DNA from: Octopus vulgaris
Lineage: Eukaryota
DNA: 64,000 bases
Direction of reading: 5' to 3'
NCBI GenBank assembly: GCA_951406725.2
Contig: OX597819.1
Location: 78,926,001 to 78,990,000, forward strand
The first letter of the stretch is position 1; the number at the start of each line of letters is the position of its first letter. Shown here in pieces: positions 13,906-27,460 of the stretch. Made by a program: the position numbers and the translations under genes. A model generated the notes under the pieces. The model saw nothing but the letters and a program-made list of their open reading frames with translations. It was not told where the DNA came from and did no database searches.

Positions 13906-14255
13906 GAGGATTAACAATAACTTTGTTGGTTGTATATTTCCTTTGGGTTTACTGCATTCAGAATGGTGAAGATGACAAGGGACTGTCTGTAAAATTTGGG
14001 TAGAATAAATGTTACAATGGGTTATTTTATGTGGTTTCTTGGTTTTCTTTTAAACTTGACCCTTCACCTGTTTCTAAGCAAATTACCATTTCCCCATGAC
14101 CCAGCATGTTTTTTCACTGGAAGACTGGAAACCAACATCACTTTGATGATGATGATGATACCAGTGATGTTTGTTTCAATTGCTCTAAAGATTACTGAAT
14201 AAGTTTTGCACCAATTGTATTATCTCTCATTGACAAAGTAATAATAATAACAAAA

Positions 14256-14285
<30 letters not shown>

Positions 14286-14287
<2 letters not shown>

Positions 14288-14437
14288 CGTTTAACGTCCG
14301 CTTTCCATGCTAGCATGGGTTGGATGATTTTAAATGAGGGCTGGCGAACCAGATGGCTGCACCAGGCTCCAATCTTGATTTGGCAGTTTCTACAGCTGGA
14401 TGCCCTTCCTAATGCCAGGATGTCCTTCCTAATGCCT
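14286..14437 (-). mobile_element. RTE-like 3' terminal fragment
   Basis: TCGTTTAACGTCCGCTTTCCATGCTAGCATGGGTTGG is the reverse complement of the RTE tail; short internal duplication of GGATG.CCTTCCTAATGCC. Confidence 0.8.
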
Positions 14438-14455
14438 AATAATAATAATAATAAT

Positions 14456-15110
14456 CTCTTCTACTGTAGCCATAAGGATTGAAATTTGGGAGAAGGGATT
14501 AAGTTGATTACATCGACCCCAGTGTGTAACTGGTACTTAGTTTTAATTGACCCCTAAAGGATGAAGGGCAAAGTTGACCTTAGTGGAATTTGAATGCAGA
14601 ACATGAAGAGAGGCGAAGTACCACTAAGCATGCCAATATTTCTGCCAGCTCACCACCTTAATAATAATAATGATAATCCTTTCTGCTATAAGCACAAGGT
14701 CTGAAATTTTGTGGGAGGGTACTAATCAATTACATTGACCCCAGTGTTCAACTGGTACTTACTTTATCAACTCCGAAAGGATGAAAGGCAAAGTCTACCC
14801 TGGCGGAATTTGAACTCAGAACATAATAAAGTCTGACAAAATACCTCTAAGCATTTTGTCTGACATGCTAATATTTCTGCCAGCTCACCACTTTAATAAT
14901 GATGATAATAGTAATCTTTTCTGCTATAGGCCCAAGGCCTGACGTTTTGAGGGAAGGTGGCTAGTTAATTACATTGACCTCCCCCTCTCCTCTTCCCAGT
15001 GCTCAACTCATCGACCACAGAAGGTTAAAATGCCATCTTGGCTTTGGCAGAATTTGAACTGTAATGCTAAGCAATTTGTCTTGTGTGCTAATGACTCTGC
15101 CAGCTTAACG
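14456..15110 (-). mobile_element. Tandem array of three family C SINEs
   Basis: Three ~210-230-bp units, each ending (+ strand) in CTGCCAGCT....CTT followed by (AAT)n. Confidence 0.85.
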
Positions 15111-15199
15111 ATAATAATAATAAAACTATTTTACCAAAGAACATTATTGAAATAGCATATTTTATGCATATTAATGTACTTTGGTAAAATGGTTTGCAT

Positions 15200-15760
15200 C
15201 GTTATTGAAGATGCTCTACAGTATTCAATATTGTGATGTAGATTGAAGATATTGTGCGAACCTAGGGATTTCTACTGTCTGTCAAGTCACAACAAGGATC
15301 TCGGACAGACAGTACTTTTTTTGCAATATGCATGCAATTTCAAGTAAAGCCGATTTTTGCAGTACACCAACTTTGTAGAGTATTTTTCTAAAGTTTCCAG
15401 GGGTTTCTTCAGGTTGGGTGGTAAAGAACCCAATGTTCCGATAGCAACAGGAAAAATCCTTATGCTTGTCTCTTGCAGCTGCTACATCTTAGCAATCTCT
15501 TAGGTCACTATATTTATCAACCTTTTTTCTTGATAATATGTTGATCTCCTGGTGCTGCCACATTGATTTACTAAGCATTCTTGTTTGTTCCTCCTACAGG
15601 TTACTATATCCAGACTCTGATTCTCTAACATCTTGTCTGTCTGGAAGTGAAAGTCCCAGAGGATCTTTGCCATCCCATTTTTGTACATTACCTTTTCCAG
15701 TGTATGTTGGTACCAAGCACCTGTTACCTCATATCCATACTTCTAGCATAGTTAGCCACT
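15200..15760 (-). mobile_element. Decayed 3' end of an R4/Dong-type (REL endonuclease) non-LTR retrotransposon
   Basis: Minus-strand peptides KILWDFHFQTDK...LDIV...KQECL, IFPVAIGTLG and LQKSALLEIACIL match the ILWDF.IQTD/RPDIV, P.V.G.LG and LQK.ALLGTARIL motifs; frameshifted. Confidence 0.8.
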
Positions 15761-15857
15761 GAAGTTTCTGGACTCTCAACTCCATTGTTGGTAAATCCTT
15801 CTGCATTAGCAGTATACTGTAGCAGGTCTTGTATTACCATTATTATTATTATTATTG

Positions 15858-15985
15858 AGAAGGCAACAAGCTGACAGTATTGTTAGTACACCAGGCAAAA
15901 TCCTTTGTGGCAGTTTGTCTGTCTTTACATTCTCAATTCAAATTCCCTCTCCCAAATTTCATGCCTTGTGCCTATAATAGAAAGG

Positions 15986-16038
<53 letters not shown>

Positions 16039-16790
16039 CACCATCATTATTAAGACAGTGAGCTGGCAGAATTGTTAGCACACTGGATGAAATGCTTAGT
16101 GGTATTTTGTCCATCACTATGTTCTCAGTTCTAATTCCGCTGAGGTTGACTTTTTCTTTCATCTTTTTGAGGTTGAGGTACCAGTGATACACTGGGGGAT
16201 TGATGTAATCAACTCATCCCCATCTCCCCAAAACTGCCCTTGTGGCAAAAATTTGAAATGATGATAATAATAATAATAATAATAATCATCATCATCATCA
16301 TCATCATCATTATTATTATTATTATTGTTATTGTTATTATTATTATTATTGTTATTATTATATCTAAGGCAGTGAGGTGGCAGAATAGTCGGCATACCAA
16401 GCAAAATTTTTTGTGGCATTTTGTCTGTCTTTATGTTCCAAGTTCAAATGTTGTCAAGGTTGATATTCCCTTTCATTTTTTCGAGATTGATGAAGTAAGT
16501 ACCAGTTGAGTACTGGGATCAACATAATTGACTTACCCCATCTCCAAATTGCAGGCCTTATGCCAAAAATTTGAAACTAATTGTTATTATGGTTATTATT
16601 AAGGCGGCAAGCTGGCAGAATCATTAGCATGCTGGGCAAAATGCTTAGCAGTATTTTGTCTGCCGCTACATTCTGAGTTCAAATTCCGCCAAAGTCGATC
16701 CTGCCTTTCATCCTTTCGGGGTCGATAAGTTAAGTACCAGTGAAATTCTGGGGTTGATGTAATCAACTACCCTGCTTCCCCCACCAAAAA
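15858..16790 (+). mobile_element. Tandem array of four family C SINEs
   Basis: Units start near 15858, 16052, 16366 and 16601 (AAGGCGGCAAGCTGGCAGAATC; B-box GAGTTCAAATTCC), separated by (ATT)n or mixed AAT/ATC/ATT tracts. Confidence 0.85.
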
Positions 16791-17938
16791 ATAGTAGTAA
16801 TAATAATTATTATTATTATCATTAGTGTAATGAGAAATAATACAATTGATGCAAAACTTATTCTGTAGTCTTTTGAGCAATTGAAGCCAAGCGACATCAA
16901 GGTAAAGTAGATGTTGAAGGATGATGATGATGATGACTTTATTGTGTATACACGTTTTGTATTCTGTTTTTTAATCCATGGAGAAAAATCCCTAGCTGTA
17001 GCCATCCAATAGGGACCCCTCATATGTGGGGATGGTTTGTTGAGGCATTGAAGCTTCAGTTTTATTATTTATAATTGACTATTGGTGGGAAGATGCAGTT
17101 GCTTGTTCAGTAGTTCCAATCCTAGGTTTGGCAGTGTATTCAGTCCTGGTTTTTTCTGAGACGCGATAGAACACAAGAGACAATTTAAGCATACCTCTAC
17201 ACACATTCACGCACACACACAAACCTGCAGTAATTTGCACTACACAAGCATATTTATGCATGCAAACACATGCTTTGCAAGCTGTTACTTTAGCACTCAT
17301 TTGTGCATACACTCACTCATTCGCCTGCACTCTCCTTTTCTCACTCTCTTGCTCCCCTCTCTCTCTCACACATTATTTGCTGTGTACTTAGTGCCATGTA
17401 ACAATCCATGTTGTCAAACTCCATATACCCCAGCTCTTTAAACTCTCCTTTTTGTTTTATTGTCATTCCTTGTTGCTATCATCTTCCCCATCACCACTAT
17501 GGGGGGGTTCATCTTCATGGTTGTCATCATCATCATCACCATCATCATCGTTGTCGTCATTGTGATTATCACAGGGTTTTTCTCCATCCATGCCACCCCA
17601 ACTTGCTGGCTAGAATTTATAACCCCTTTTCATTATCATCAAAATTGAACGTCATCAAAACTGACACCATCATCATCGGGAGTCATCACCAACTTCATCA
17701 TCATCATCAGCAGCAGCAGCACAATCAAGAACATGATCATCGTCATCATCATCATCATCATCATCACTCTTTAATGGAAGTAACTGTCACGTCACATGAC
17801 CAATCAACACGAGCTACTTCAGTTTGGAGCTTATCATTTGGAACTCCGCCATCTCCTGTGTCTTCCACCCAACCACTTCCTTGCTATCTGCCTCTTATCT
17901 TGCCATTACTGTATATCTGTATGTGTCTCACTCTCTCC

Positions 17939-17982
<44 letters not shown>

Positions 17983-18238
17983 GCATGCACATACATAAAT
18001 ACATGCATATATAAATGTGCGTGTGTATGTATATATGTATATGTGTGTGTGTGTGTGTGTGTGTATTAGTTTATCTGTCTATTAATCTATCTCTGTATAT
18101 CTGCCCATCTCTGTTTATCCATCAATCCACTCTCAAACCCACCCACCTGTAGGTATCCCTCTCTAAATTTCATGTAATGTCTCTTAATATTTCCTTTGTC
18201 CCTTCTGTCTATCAGTCTATGTATCTGCATTTATCTCC

Positions 18239-18269
<31 letters not shown>

Positions 18270-18301
18270 ACAGTCTCCCTGTGTGTGTCTCTTTTTGATT
18301 G

Positions 18302-18333
<32 letters not shown>

Positions 18334-18383
18334 ACATACATATATATATATATTACTTACATGCACACACATGTGCATGAGTC

Positions 18384-18418
<35 letters not shown>

Positions 18419-18487
18419 GTTTCTGCAACTCTTTACCTTCTACTTTTTATGTATGTATGTATGTATGTGTGTATGTATGTATCTCTC

Positions 18488-18518
<31 letters not shown>

Positions 18519-18790
18519 GTCTATCTCTCAATGTAACCATCTTCCTCCCCTGACACACTGTTCTCTGTCTTTTCATCTTACCAGTATACTCACACATCCA
18601 TGCATCCACCTATCTCTCTCTCTCTCTCTCTCCCTCTCCATCTCTCTCCCCTTATTTCTTCCTTTTTCTCTTCCTCTGGCCCAGAATCTTTCAAACACAA
18701 AAGGGACAACCCCCCACTCCCATCTCACTCTTCCCCCGCACCACCTCTTCACAGCTATTACTTTGATGAGACTGACTGACTGTTGGTCTG

Positions 18791-18825
<35 letters not shown>

Positions 18826-19198
18826 GACAGACTGACTGATGGATGGACAGACAGACAGGCAGACAGACAGGCACAGCAAACCAGCAAAGCTAAACTGATC
18901 TATGCCTAGTCTTTACCCAGTCCATCTTGATAGACGTGGTCTATTGAACTTCATCATGATGGAATTATTGAATAACTTGGCAGCTGAGTATTATTAATAA
19001 AACTCGCAGCTACTTTCAGCTGCCTATTGCATGCACAACGCCAGTAGAATTCTACTGCACACCACTCCAGAACTGTCAATCAATATTGACTGCCTCAATG
19101 ATTTAAACAGCAGTCCCAAACAGTTGCTGCGTATGGCTTTATAAACGGTCAGAATTTGCAGGCCAGCCATTGATCTGCGTGTGTGTTTTTGTGCTTGT

Positions 19199-19238
<40 letters not shown>

Positions 19239-20549
19239 CAGAGTTGGTGCGTGATTGTATTCCTGGGTCTGTTGGCTGTGTGTGCCTCTGTGTGTGTAGA
19301 TAGCTGTCTGTGATTCTGTGTAGCTGCGTTTGTATCTGTAGCTAGCTGTGAGTGTATGTATATGTATATACATGTCTGTATGTATATACATGTCTATACG
19401 TATATATATGTCTGTGTGTGTGACCATGCTGCTGCTTCTCTGTCATTTGTTAACTCTGTGTGCACTTGTATGTGAGTGTGTGTGTGAATAAGTGTATGTA
19501 TATATATGTATATATGGATAGATAGACATATAGCTTTATTTGTGTATGTAGCTGCGTGAGGGAGTATATATACATATATGTTGCTGGGTTTTTGTGCGTG
19601 CATATGTGTAGCTGTAGCTGTGTGTGTTCTGCCTTTGTTTCTGTGTGTGCATGTAGCTGTCTCTTGCCTTTGCATAAGTCTGCGCTTGTGTTGATGTATA
19701 TACCATGTCTGTTCATGTGTGTATTTTTTTCTGTATGTACATCTCTATTTCACTGTCTGAACTTGCGACTGTATAGTAATTACGTACATGTTTTCATATG
19801 TCTAACTGTACACTCGTGCATACACTCACACACACGCACACACATACACTCATCTGTGAATATATGTCAGTTTGTGCCTAATTTATGCAAAAGTTCCAAA
19901 ATATACGTCCATAAAATCATATATATTATTATTCATCGTTTTATACTGAATGTGTCTATATCATCTCTTTGGATCTTTGCACAGTTTAGGTGTTTCAGTT
20001 CAGTTCAAAATTATTTGTAATCCTGTCATAACAGCAACACATTCCTATCCATTATTTCTTCCAATTATCTCCTCTTCCCTTTGACGGTCACTCAATTCTG
20101 CCACTAGAGGTATTTCTGTCTGTATCCATACATCAGTTCATTTAGGTAATATCCTTTTCGAAGAGTGGTACTGTGAATATGGTAACGATAGTCATTGCAA
20201 AGTTTTTCTTTGTTAAATTTTGTTGCATGTTTAAAAGATTGTATCATTTTGTGACATTTTCAAGCATTCATTTCAAATATTCATTTCTTGATAGCAAAAA
20301 CCTTGTTCTAATTATCATCATCAGCATTTAGCTTCCACTTTTCAATATTTATATTGGTCAAAAAGAATTTGAGGAACAGATTTTCTATGGCCAGATGCCC
20401 ATTCCATTGCTAACTCTCATCTGCTTCCTAGCAAAGTAATATTTACCATGGCCTGACATGTCTTTCGCAGAAGGTGGAAACAAAACATTGCATATATGAC
20501 TTGTCCAAACAAAGGTACACACAAATACGAACACACACTTGTGTATTCA

Positions 20550-21245
20550 ACAAGCTTCTTTCAGTTTCCGTCCACTAAATCCTTTTACAAAGGCTTTGGT
20601 CTGCCCAGAGCTATTGTAGAATACACTTGCTCAAGGTGCTTCACAGTGAAACTGAACTGGGGACCATGTGTTTGGGGAGCAAAATTCTTACCATATACCC
20701 ATACCTGCACCTATTTCTTTTCTTTTATACTTTTATACTTTTACATGTTTCAGTCATTTGACGGCAGCCATGCCTTTAGTGGAACAAACCGAACCCAGGA
20801 CTTATTCTTTGTAAGCCTAGAACTTATTCTATCAGTCTCTGTTGCTGACCCACTAAGTTAAGGGTATATAAACATACCAACATCAGTTGGTATGTCAAGT
20901 GATAGTAAGAAGACAATCGCAGACACACGAATATATACAAATAAAACAGGCTTCTTTCAGATTCCATCTACCAAATCGACCCATAAGGCTTTGATTGGCC
21001 TGAGGCTATAGTAGAAGACGCTGCCATACAGTGGGACTAAACCCAGAACCGTGTAGTTGGGAAGCAAGTTTCTTACCACACAGTCACGCCTATACACACA
21101 CACAGACACACACACACACAGACACACACACACACAGACACACACACACACACACACACACATACATACATATGGTTCTGGGTTCAGTCCCACTGCACAG
21201 CACCTTCTACTCTAGCCCCTGGCTGACCAAAATCTTGTGAGTGTA
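20550..21245. mobile_element. Family A SINE cluster (- 20550-20710; - 20740-21090; + 21170-21245)
   Basis: Head and tail motifs as in the reference copy; the last two pieces are inverted around a (CA)n tract. Confidence 0.8.
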
Positions 21246-21249
21246 TTTA

Positions 21250-21292
<43 letters not shown>

Positions 21293-21584
21293 CTCTCTCT
21301 CATTTTTACTTGATCTGTCCCCCTCTCTCTCTTTTCTCTCTACTCATCCTCTTTTTCTCTTCTCTTTCCTCTGATTCTTTGGTCTAGTCTTCCACTACCC
21401 TCCTATTTCTTTGTCTCGCTCTGCACTCACAGGTCATTCTTCGACACCCATCCCTTCTCCTCTCTGATTCCTTCTTTCTCTCTCTTCTCTCTCTTTGTTG
21501 CGTTTGTCCCTCCTCTCTCTCTCTCCTCTCTCTCTCTCTTCCTTTGCTTCTCTTTCTTTTCTTTTCCCTCTTCTCTGTCACGTG

Positions 21585-22059
21585 ACTGTTGGCCGAAATC
21601 TGCCTTTCAGTTTCTGACCCTCGTCTTGTTAACATCGCTGTTTTCGTCCGCCACTATAAAGGCTTTTTCCATTGCGCCAGAGAAAAAATTTGTTTGCTTG
21701 TTATCAGTCGTAAGACACTGTTGTTTTCACCGTTAATGCTTCTGTATTTCATGTTTCTGTATTCCATTATTGTTTTTTGTTTTTTTTATATCTGTCCCTT
21801 TTGCTGTCCTGGTGTTCGTATGCATTCGATCCTTCTTCCAGGAAATCTACGCTTCCAGCTTAGTTTTTCTAATGCTCGTTGCTTGGTTTTTCTTGGAGGG
21901 CTGGCCGTGATCTAGTAATCTCAAGATTAATCAGCCGAAATTACTACGATGATCCGGTTCTTGACTGAAGACTGAGGGTTTCGAATGTCCTGTCCGTGTT
22001 TATTGTGTCGTCTTCTAAGAGTTATACGTTCTTGTCCATGTTGTATTTTTCTACATACC

Positions 22060-22062
<3 letters not shown>
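21585..22062. repeat. CpG-retaining interspersed repeat abutting (TA)n, possibly Penelope-like-element derived
   Basis: 21920-22000 (CAGCCGAAATTACTACGATGATCCGG...GACTGAAGA...TTCGAATG) is homologous to the reverse complement of 52260-52345; both abut (TA)n. The PLE assignment is inference. Confidence 0.5.
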
Positions 22063-22114
<52 letters not shown>

Positions 22115-22474
22115 TGTGTGTGATTGTGTATAGAAGAATATATTAATAAAAAGAATTCCAACCTTGTCTGATTTTCACGTTTTATTTACAATCTTATAAT
22201 GATATATTATAAGATAATATATTATAATTGAATAAAATAAAATGAAATAGTAGAATGTTAAATATTCATTTTGATTGAACTAGTACTTTCATGCATTGAA
22301 TTCTGCAATCTTCGGGTTCATGTAGTAGTGTTGACAGTCATGCTTCACAATTTTTGACTGTAGCAAGATGAGTGATTCTGTGCTATAAATACAGCTGGGT
22401 AGGCTCCAGAGTGCTAGGTTTTGCAAGACATAATCAAGGATTATATATATATATATATATATATCTATATCTGT

Positions 22475-22670
22475 TTTGATCATTAGACTGTGGCCATGGT
22501 GGAGCATTGCCTTGAAGCACTTTTAGTCAAATATATCAACCCCAGTACTTTTTGTTTCAAAGCCTGGTATTTATTCTAATAGTCTCTTTTGCTGAGGTGC
22601 TAAGTTACGGGGGGAAGTAAAGAATCCAACACTGGTTGCCAAGCTGCGGTGAGAGACAAAGATAGACAAC
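22475..22670 (-). mobile_element. Family A SINE, 3' half
   Basis: GACTGTGGCCATG.TGGAGCA...AGTACTT...CTAAGTTACGGGG. Confidence 0.75.
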
Positions 22671-23467
22671 AAAGATACAAGCATCATCATCATCATCATC
22701 ATACTATTGTTTTAAATATGACGACACCCGCATTTACATAGGCGAACACACATAGAAGTGTGATGATCTAATAAACAAGCATACTCAGCCTTTGTGAGTC
22801 TTAATTTGCTTTCTCTTTTCAATCCTTCTCTCTTTTTACTTTTTCTTCTCTCTCATTCCTTTATCCTCTCCGTCTCTCTCATACTAATCTTGTGCCACTT
22901 GGTCTCATCTCTGTTCTATATCTCTGACATCCACTTCTCATCAATGTTTAACGTCTCCCCCCTCTCTCCCTCTCCCCTCCACCAAATTCTGTGTCATTTC
23001 TATCTCTCAGCCCCTCTTTTTTTTCTCCTTGTTTCTTATCTCCCATTTCCTTAATTTCTTGTTCTCTCTCTCTCTCACATCCCTCTGTAATTAATCTCCT
23101 CTCCCTTCCCATTCTCTCCCTACCACTTTCAATCCCCCCCCCCCACTGACTAGTTAACCCATCCATCCATCCATCCTTCTATCCATTGGTACCAATCTGT
23201 CTGGTCACATGTCTGCCTCTGCTACTCCTCCCTCTTTCTCAGTGCTGTGCTTTCATCTGTGACAAGTTCAGCTGTGAATGATAGATGGATGGCTGCTGAA
23301 GATCTGATGGTATGATCAGTGATTGGTGCCTGGGTGGTGTGTTGGGGGTGCGGGTATATTATATGGTGGTGGTGTTGTATAAGTGGTTTGAGAAGTGAAT
23401 AATGGATACAAAATGATGGTTGTGGTTGCGTTGGTGGTGTGGTGTCTGGATTTGAAAATAAAGATAG

Positions 23468-23770
23468 GTGCAGGCGTGGCTGTATGGTAAGAAGATTGTT
23501 TCTCAACCACATGGGTCTGGGTTCAGTCCTACTGCATGGCACTTCGCACAAATGTCATGCTATTCTAGGCCCAGGCTGACCAAAGCCTTATGAGTGTGGG
23601 TGTGTTTCATTTGTGCTCCACCCCTATTGGACAATCAGTGTTGATTTATTTACATCTTCATAACTTAGCAGTTCAGCAAAAGAGACTGATAGAATGTCGA
23701 TTTGTTTGACTAAACTCTTCAAGGCAGTGCTCCAGGATGGCCACAGTCAAATGACTGAAACAAATAAATG
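23468..23770 (+). mobile_element. Family A SINE
   Basis: GGTGCAGGCGTGGCTGTATGGTAAG...GGTTCAGTCC...AAATGACTGAAACAA. Confidence 0.85.
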
Positions 23771-23998
23771 ATGAAAGCTAAATATAGTTGGTAGTTATTT
23801 AGCCTCAGTTTAACCCTGACTCAGCTGCCTATGGTTAGAGACACTCCAACCAGAACCATTCCTGCCTTCCCTTTTATTTAAGGTGAGAGAATTTGGTTGT
23901 TGTTTCTGACCAGCTGACTGGCCTTGCCCATGCTTACATATGATGGGTATTTCTCTCATACTTTTTCCTTCTACCAAATTTCACTCACATGTCTTATG

Positions 23999-24221
23999 TA
24001 ACTCTTTAGCATTCAGGTTACGTTGTGTAATCCCTATTTATCCATACCATTTTGAATTAATCATGTATTATCTTGTGGCTTTGAGATTTTGACGAAGTGA
24101 TTATATATTTTTTAGAATGGCATTGTCGGGTAGGTGTGAGTTGTTGGATCTGGCTTGTTTGAACACAAAACAGATAGAATATTTAGGCTGGCTATGGCTA
24201 GTTTGAATGCTAATGGGTTAA
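23999..24221. mobile_element. piggyBac-like MITE, family D (~225 bp)
   Basis: Termini TAACTCTTTAGCATTC...GAATGCTAATGGGTTAA; homologous to 28324, 39253, 39769 and 57536. Confidence 0.75.
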
Positions 24222-24581
24222 CCCAAGGTAACTTGCTGTAAGATTGAGCCCAGAAACACTTCATTGTTAAGTGAACTTCTCTTCCACACAGCCATGTCCA
24301 CTTGCATTTGCTGATGTTATGGGATTTGGTTTTGCCGGTTGCATTGCTGCTTTGAGCACCTAGGGGTCAGGGATGGGGTACCAAAACCTGCGTAATTGTG
24401 AATGATTCTACACATCCTTCTGAATGTCTTTCAACTGTTTTAAAGTTGTTCATGTTTCTTTCGTTATTCTTCTTCTGTTCTTTCTTTCTGCACTTTTCTC
24501 TTTTTTTTTTTCATGTTCTAGTTTGTCGTTTTCATTCCCCGTCTTCATCTCATGTTCAGTTCATCTTTCGTTCCTTTTATA

Positions 24582-24626
<45 letters not shown>

Positions 24627-24891
24627 TTATGTTTGTTTGTATATTTGTCTTTGATCATTGAACAAACTAAGTTCAGAATGGAATTGTCGATCGGAAAACA
24701 ATTACCATTGTTAGTGTTATTGTTGTTGTTGTTTTGTTATTGTAATTCTATTCATATTTTTCTTTCTGCCCTGGATGTTATGGTTGAACCATACCAACAA
24801 CAATAACAACAACATCAAAACAAACACAAACAATGAGAGAGACAGTATGAAGAAAGGATGATGAAACATAGAAGTACTCTTATGTGTATGC

Positions 24892-24949
<58 letters not shown>

Positions 24950-25144
24950 TTTCACAATGGCTCTGTGGGTAAAAAGTTTGCTTCACAATCAATTAGGTCT
25001 TGTGTTCAATCCCACTTTGATTCACCTGGGGCAAATATCATACCATCTGCTACAGTTCTCAGTTGCTTCTAGTCGTGGGAGTAAAACTGGGAGGATGGAA
25101 ACTTATGGATTGGAAATGTGTTTATTATTCAAAGAACTTATCCT

Positions 25145-25500
25145 GGGCTGTGTGGTAAGAAGTTTGCTTCCCAACTATATGGTTCCAGGTTCAGTCCCGC
25201 TGTGTAACACCTTGGGCAAGTGTCACCTACTACAGCTCTGGGCTGAACAAAGCCTTGTGAGTGGATTTAGTAATTGGAAAGTAAAAGAATCCCATCGTGT
25301 GTGTGTGTGTTTCTGTTTCTGTTTGACCCCTACCACTGTTTGACAACCAGTGTTGGTGTGTTTACATCCACATAACTTAGCAGTTTAATCTAAATGTACC
25401 AGGTTTAAAAATATAAAGTGCTATGGTCAGTTTATGCAACTAAAATTCTTTAAGGCAGTGCCCTAGCATGGCCACAGCCTAGTGACTGAAACATGTAAAG
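25145..25500 (+). mobile_element. Family A SINE
   Basis: GGCTGTGTGGTAAG...GGTTCAGTCCC...CCTTGGGCAAGTGTC...GTGACTGAAACA. Confidence 0.85.
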
Positions 25501-25534
25501 GGTAAATAGGCTTTTGTTGTTTTTATTATTTTTA

Positions 25535-25745
25535 AGGTAGTGAACTCACAGAATCATTACCATGCCAGGCAATGACAGCTTTTCATTTAACTTGATCTTT
25601 TGAGTTCAAATTCTGCCATGGTTGACTTAGTTTATCAACTGCGAAAGGACGAAAAGCTAAGTACCACTTAAATACTGGGGTCAGTATAATCAACTAGCCC
25701 CTACCCCAAAATTTCAGGCCTTGTGCCTCTAGTAACAAGGATTAT
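25535..25745 (+). mobile_element. Family C SINE, diverged
   Basis: GAGTTCAAATTCTGCC and tail TTTCAGGCCTTGTGCC..TAGTA..AAGGATTATT. Confidence 0.7.
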
Positions 25746-25759
25746 TTTTTTTTTATCAC

Positions 25760-25920
25760 GAGTTTTGTTGGAACTCCTGGAGTCTTGCATGTGTAGCAGG
25801 CTTGCTACCTGCAGCCTAACGTACCATGCTATCTGTTCTTTTCAGCTATCTGATACTTTTGTGATTATTCTGGCTGTGCCAAGAAGCAAACCTTTTGTAA
25901 CAGTTATACTGGGCACTCTA
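25760..25920 (-). mobile_element. Short R4/Dong-like LINE 3' remnant
   Basis: Minus strand reads KGLLLGTARIITKVSDS*, compared with LLGTARILRKV; flanked by (ATT)n. Confidence 0.55.
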
Positions 25921-26079
25921 TTATTATTGTTATTATTATTATCATCAGCATCATTATTAAGTGAACGTTGGCAATGGGAAACTCATCCAGCCATAGAAAA
26001 CCTACCTTAATGAATTTGTCTGACCAATCAGTGCAAGCATGGAAAAGTAGACATTTATACAATGAATGAACCTTTTTTG

Positions 26080-26631
26080 CACCAAATAGCGACTGGCTAT
26101 AAAAAATATGGGTTCTCTATAAAAATGTCAAATGTTGAAAACAGTAGGTAGGGAAAGGAGAAACACCCACGTAAGGTGTTATCTGTTTGGTGGGATATGA
26201 CTGGTTTAGTCCACTTTAAACTTTTAAGCTCAAACCAAACAATAACAAAGGAGATCTGCTGTGAGCAGCTTAAGTCAGTGCCAGAAGGATAACGACCACC
26301 TTTGGTTTCAACACGAAAGGTGTTCTTCCATCAAGATAATGCTCAGCCACATAGAGCAGGGACGACATTCTAAAGGCCGGAGCAGTTTGAATGGGAAATG
26401 ATGTCCCACCCACCATATTCGCCGGACATTGCCCCATCTGATTATCATTTATTCTGCAGTCTTCAAAATCATTTGGACACAAAAAATATGAATTCTGTAG
26501 ACGAGGTCAGAATAGTAGTGGAGAAGAATTTTTCATCATGGACAAGTGAATTTTGGAAGAGAGGCCTTGCAAGTCTACCAGTTGGATGGAAGAGCATTGT
26601 AGAATATGAAAGAGAGTATATTTTAGATTAA
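26080..26631 (+). pseudogene. Decayed mariner (DD34D-type) transposase catalytic region
   Basis: KVLSVWWD (~26170-26200), FHQDNAQPH (~26325-26352) and SHPPYSPDIAPSDYHLFCSLQNHL...EYILD* (ORF 26398-26631); frameshifts and stops upstream. Confidence 0.92.
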
Positions 26632-27407
26632 AAAAGAACTATTTGTGTGCTGACATATTGATGTGTGTGTATGTATGTTCAGGCATGCCTATGTATGCAT
26701 ATGCATACATACATAACTGTATTTATGGGATGGCCCAATTATATACATGTGTGTGTGTACACATACATACTGCACAGTCACAATGGGTATAAATTAAACA
26801 CAACAGTCTGATTTCTTCTCCTCTTCTTCAGCAGCAAAAACAATCAGAAAATTCTTTAATTCTTTAAGCTAATCATGTGCAGTAGAGACTTTTCCCCTCA
26901 CAGCATACTTTGGTTTAATCCTACACCCAGTCCCACCCATCCCCATGACCCCCACTGTGCATGTGTGTGAGTGTGTGTGTATCTGTGTGTATTTGGCAGG
27001 TGGCCCCTGGATGGGTGGGTGGAACATGCTACCTGTAGGTACAATATATTTCCAATCACACACATACACACACACACATGTAGAATTATGCTCTCTCTCT
27101 TTCTCTCACACATTCATGGTGGTGTTGACACTGATGCTCTCTCTTAGTGAGATATTGATAACATCAACAAAAATGTCTAGTGCTGCAACAACAACAACAG
27201 CAACAAAATTTCACACAAAAAAGAAACCAAAAAAACCCCCACATTTATTTTCTATTTTTGTCCTGGAAGGTGGTAGCAAGGAATTTTTGCATAATTGAAC
27301 CTATTTTCAGCTGTGTGTGTGTTAGTGTATTTGTGTGCTGGCATGTTGATGTGTGTGTATGTGTGTTCTGGCATGCCTGTGTATGCATGTGCGTATGTGT
27401 ACATACA

Positions 27408-27460
<53 letters not shown>

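Noticed and set aside
14456-16790. Regularly spaced repeats as a CRISPR-like array
   Set aside because: Units are ~200-bp SINEs with microsatellite spacers, there are no cas genes, and the context is eukaryotic.
17408-18909. Long ORFs of 196 and 237 aa
   Set aside because: Translations of (CAT)n, (CA)n, (TA)n and (CT)n microsatellites.
21960-21995. CTGAAGA...CGAA as a hammerhead core
   Set aside because: No GAAA and no pairable stems I and III in either copy.
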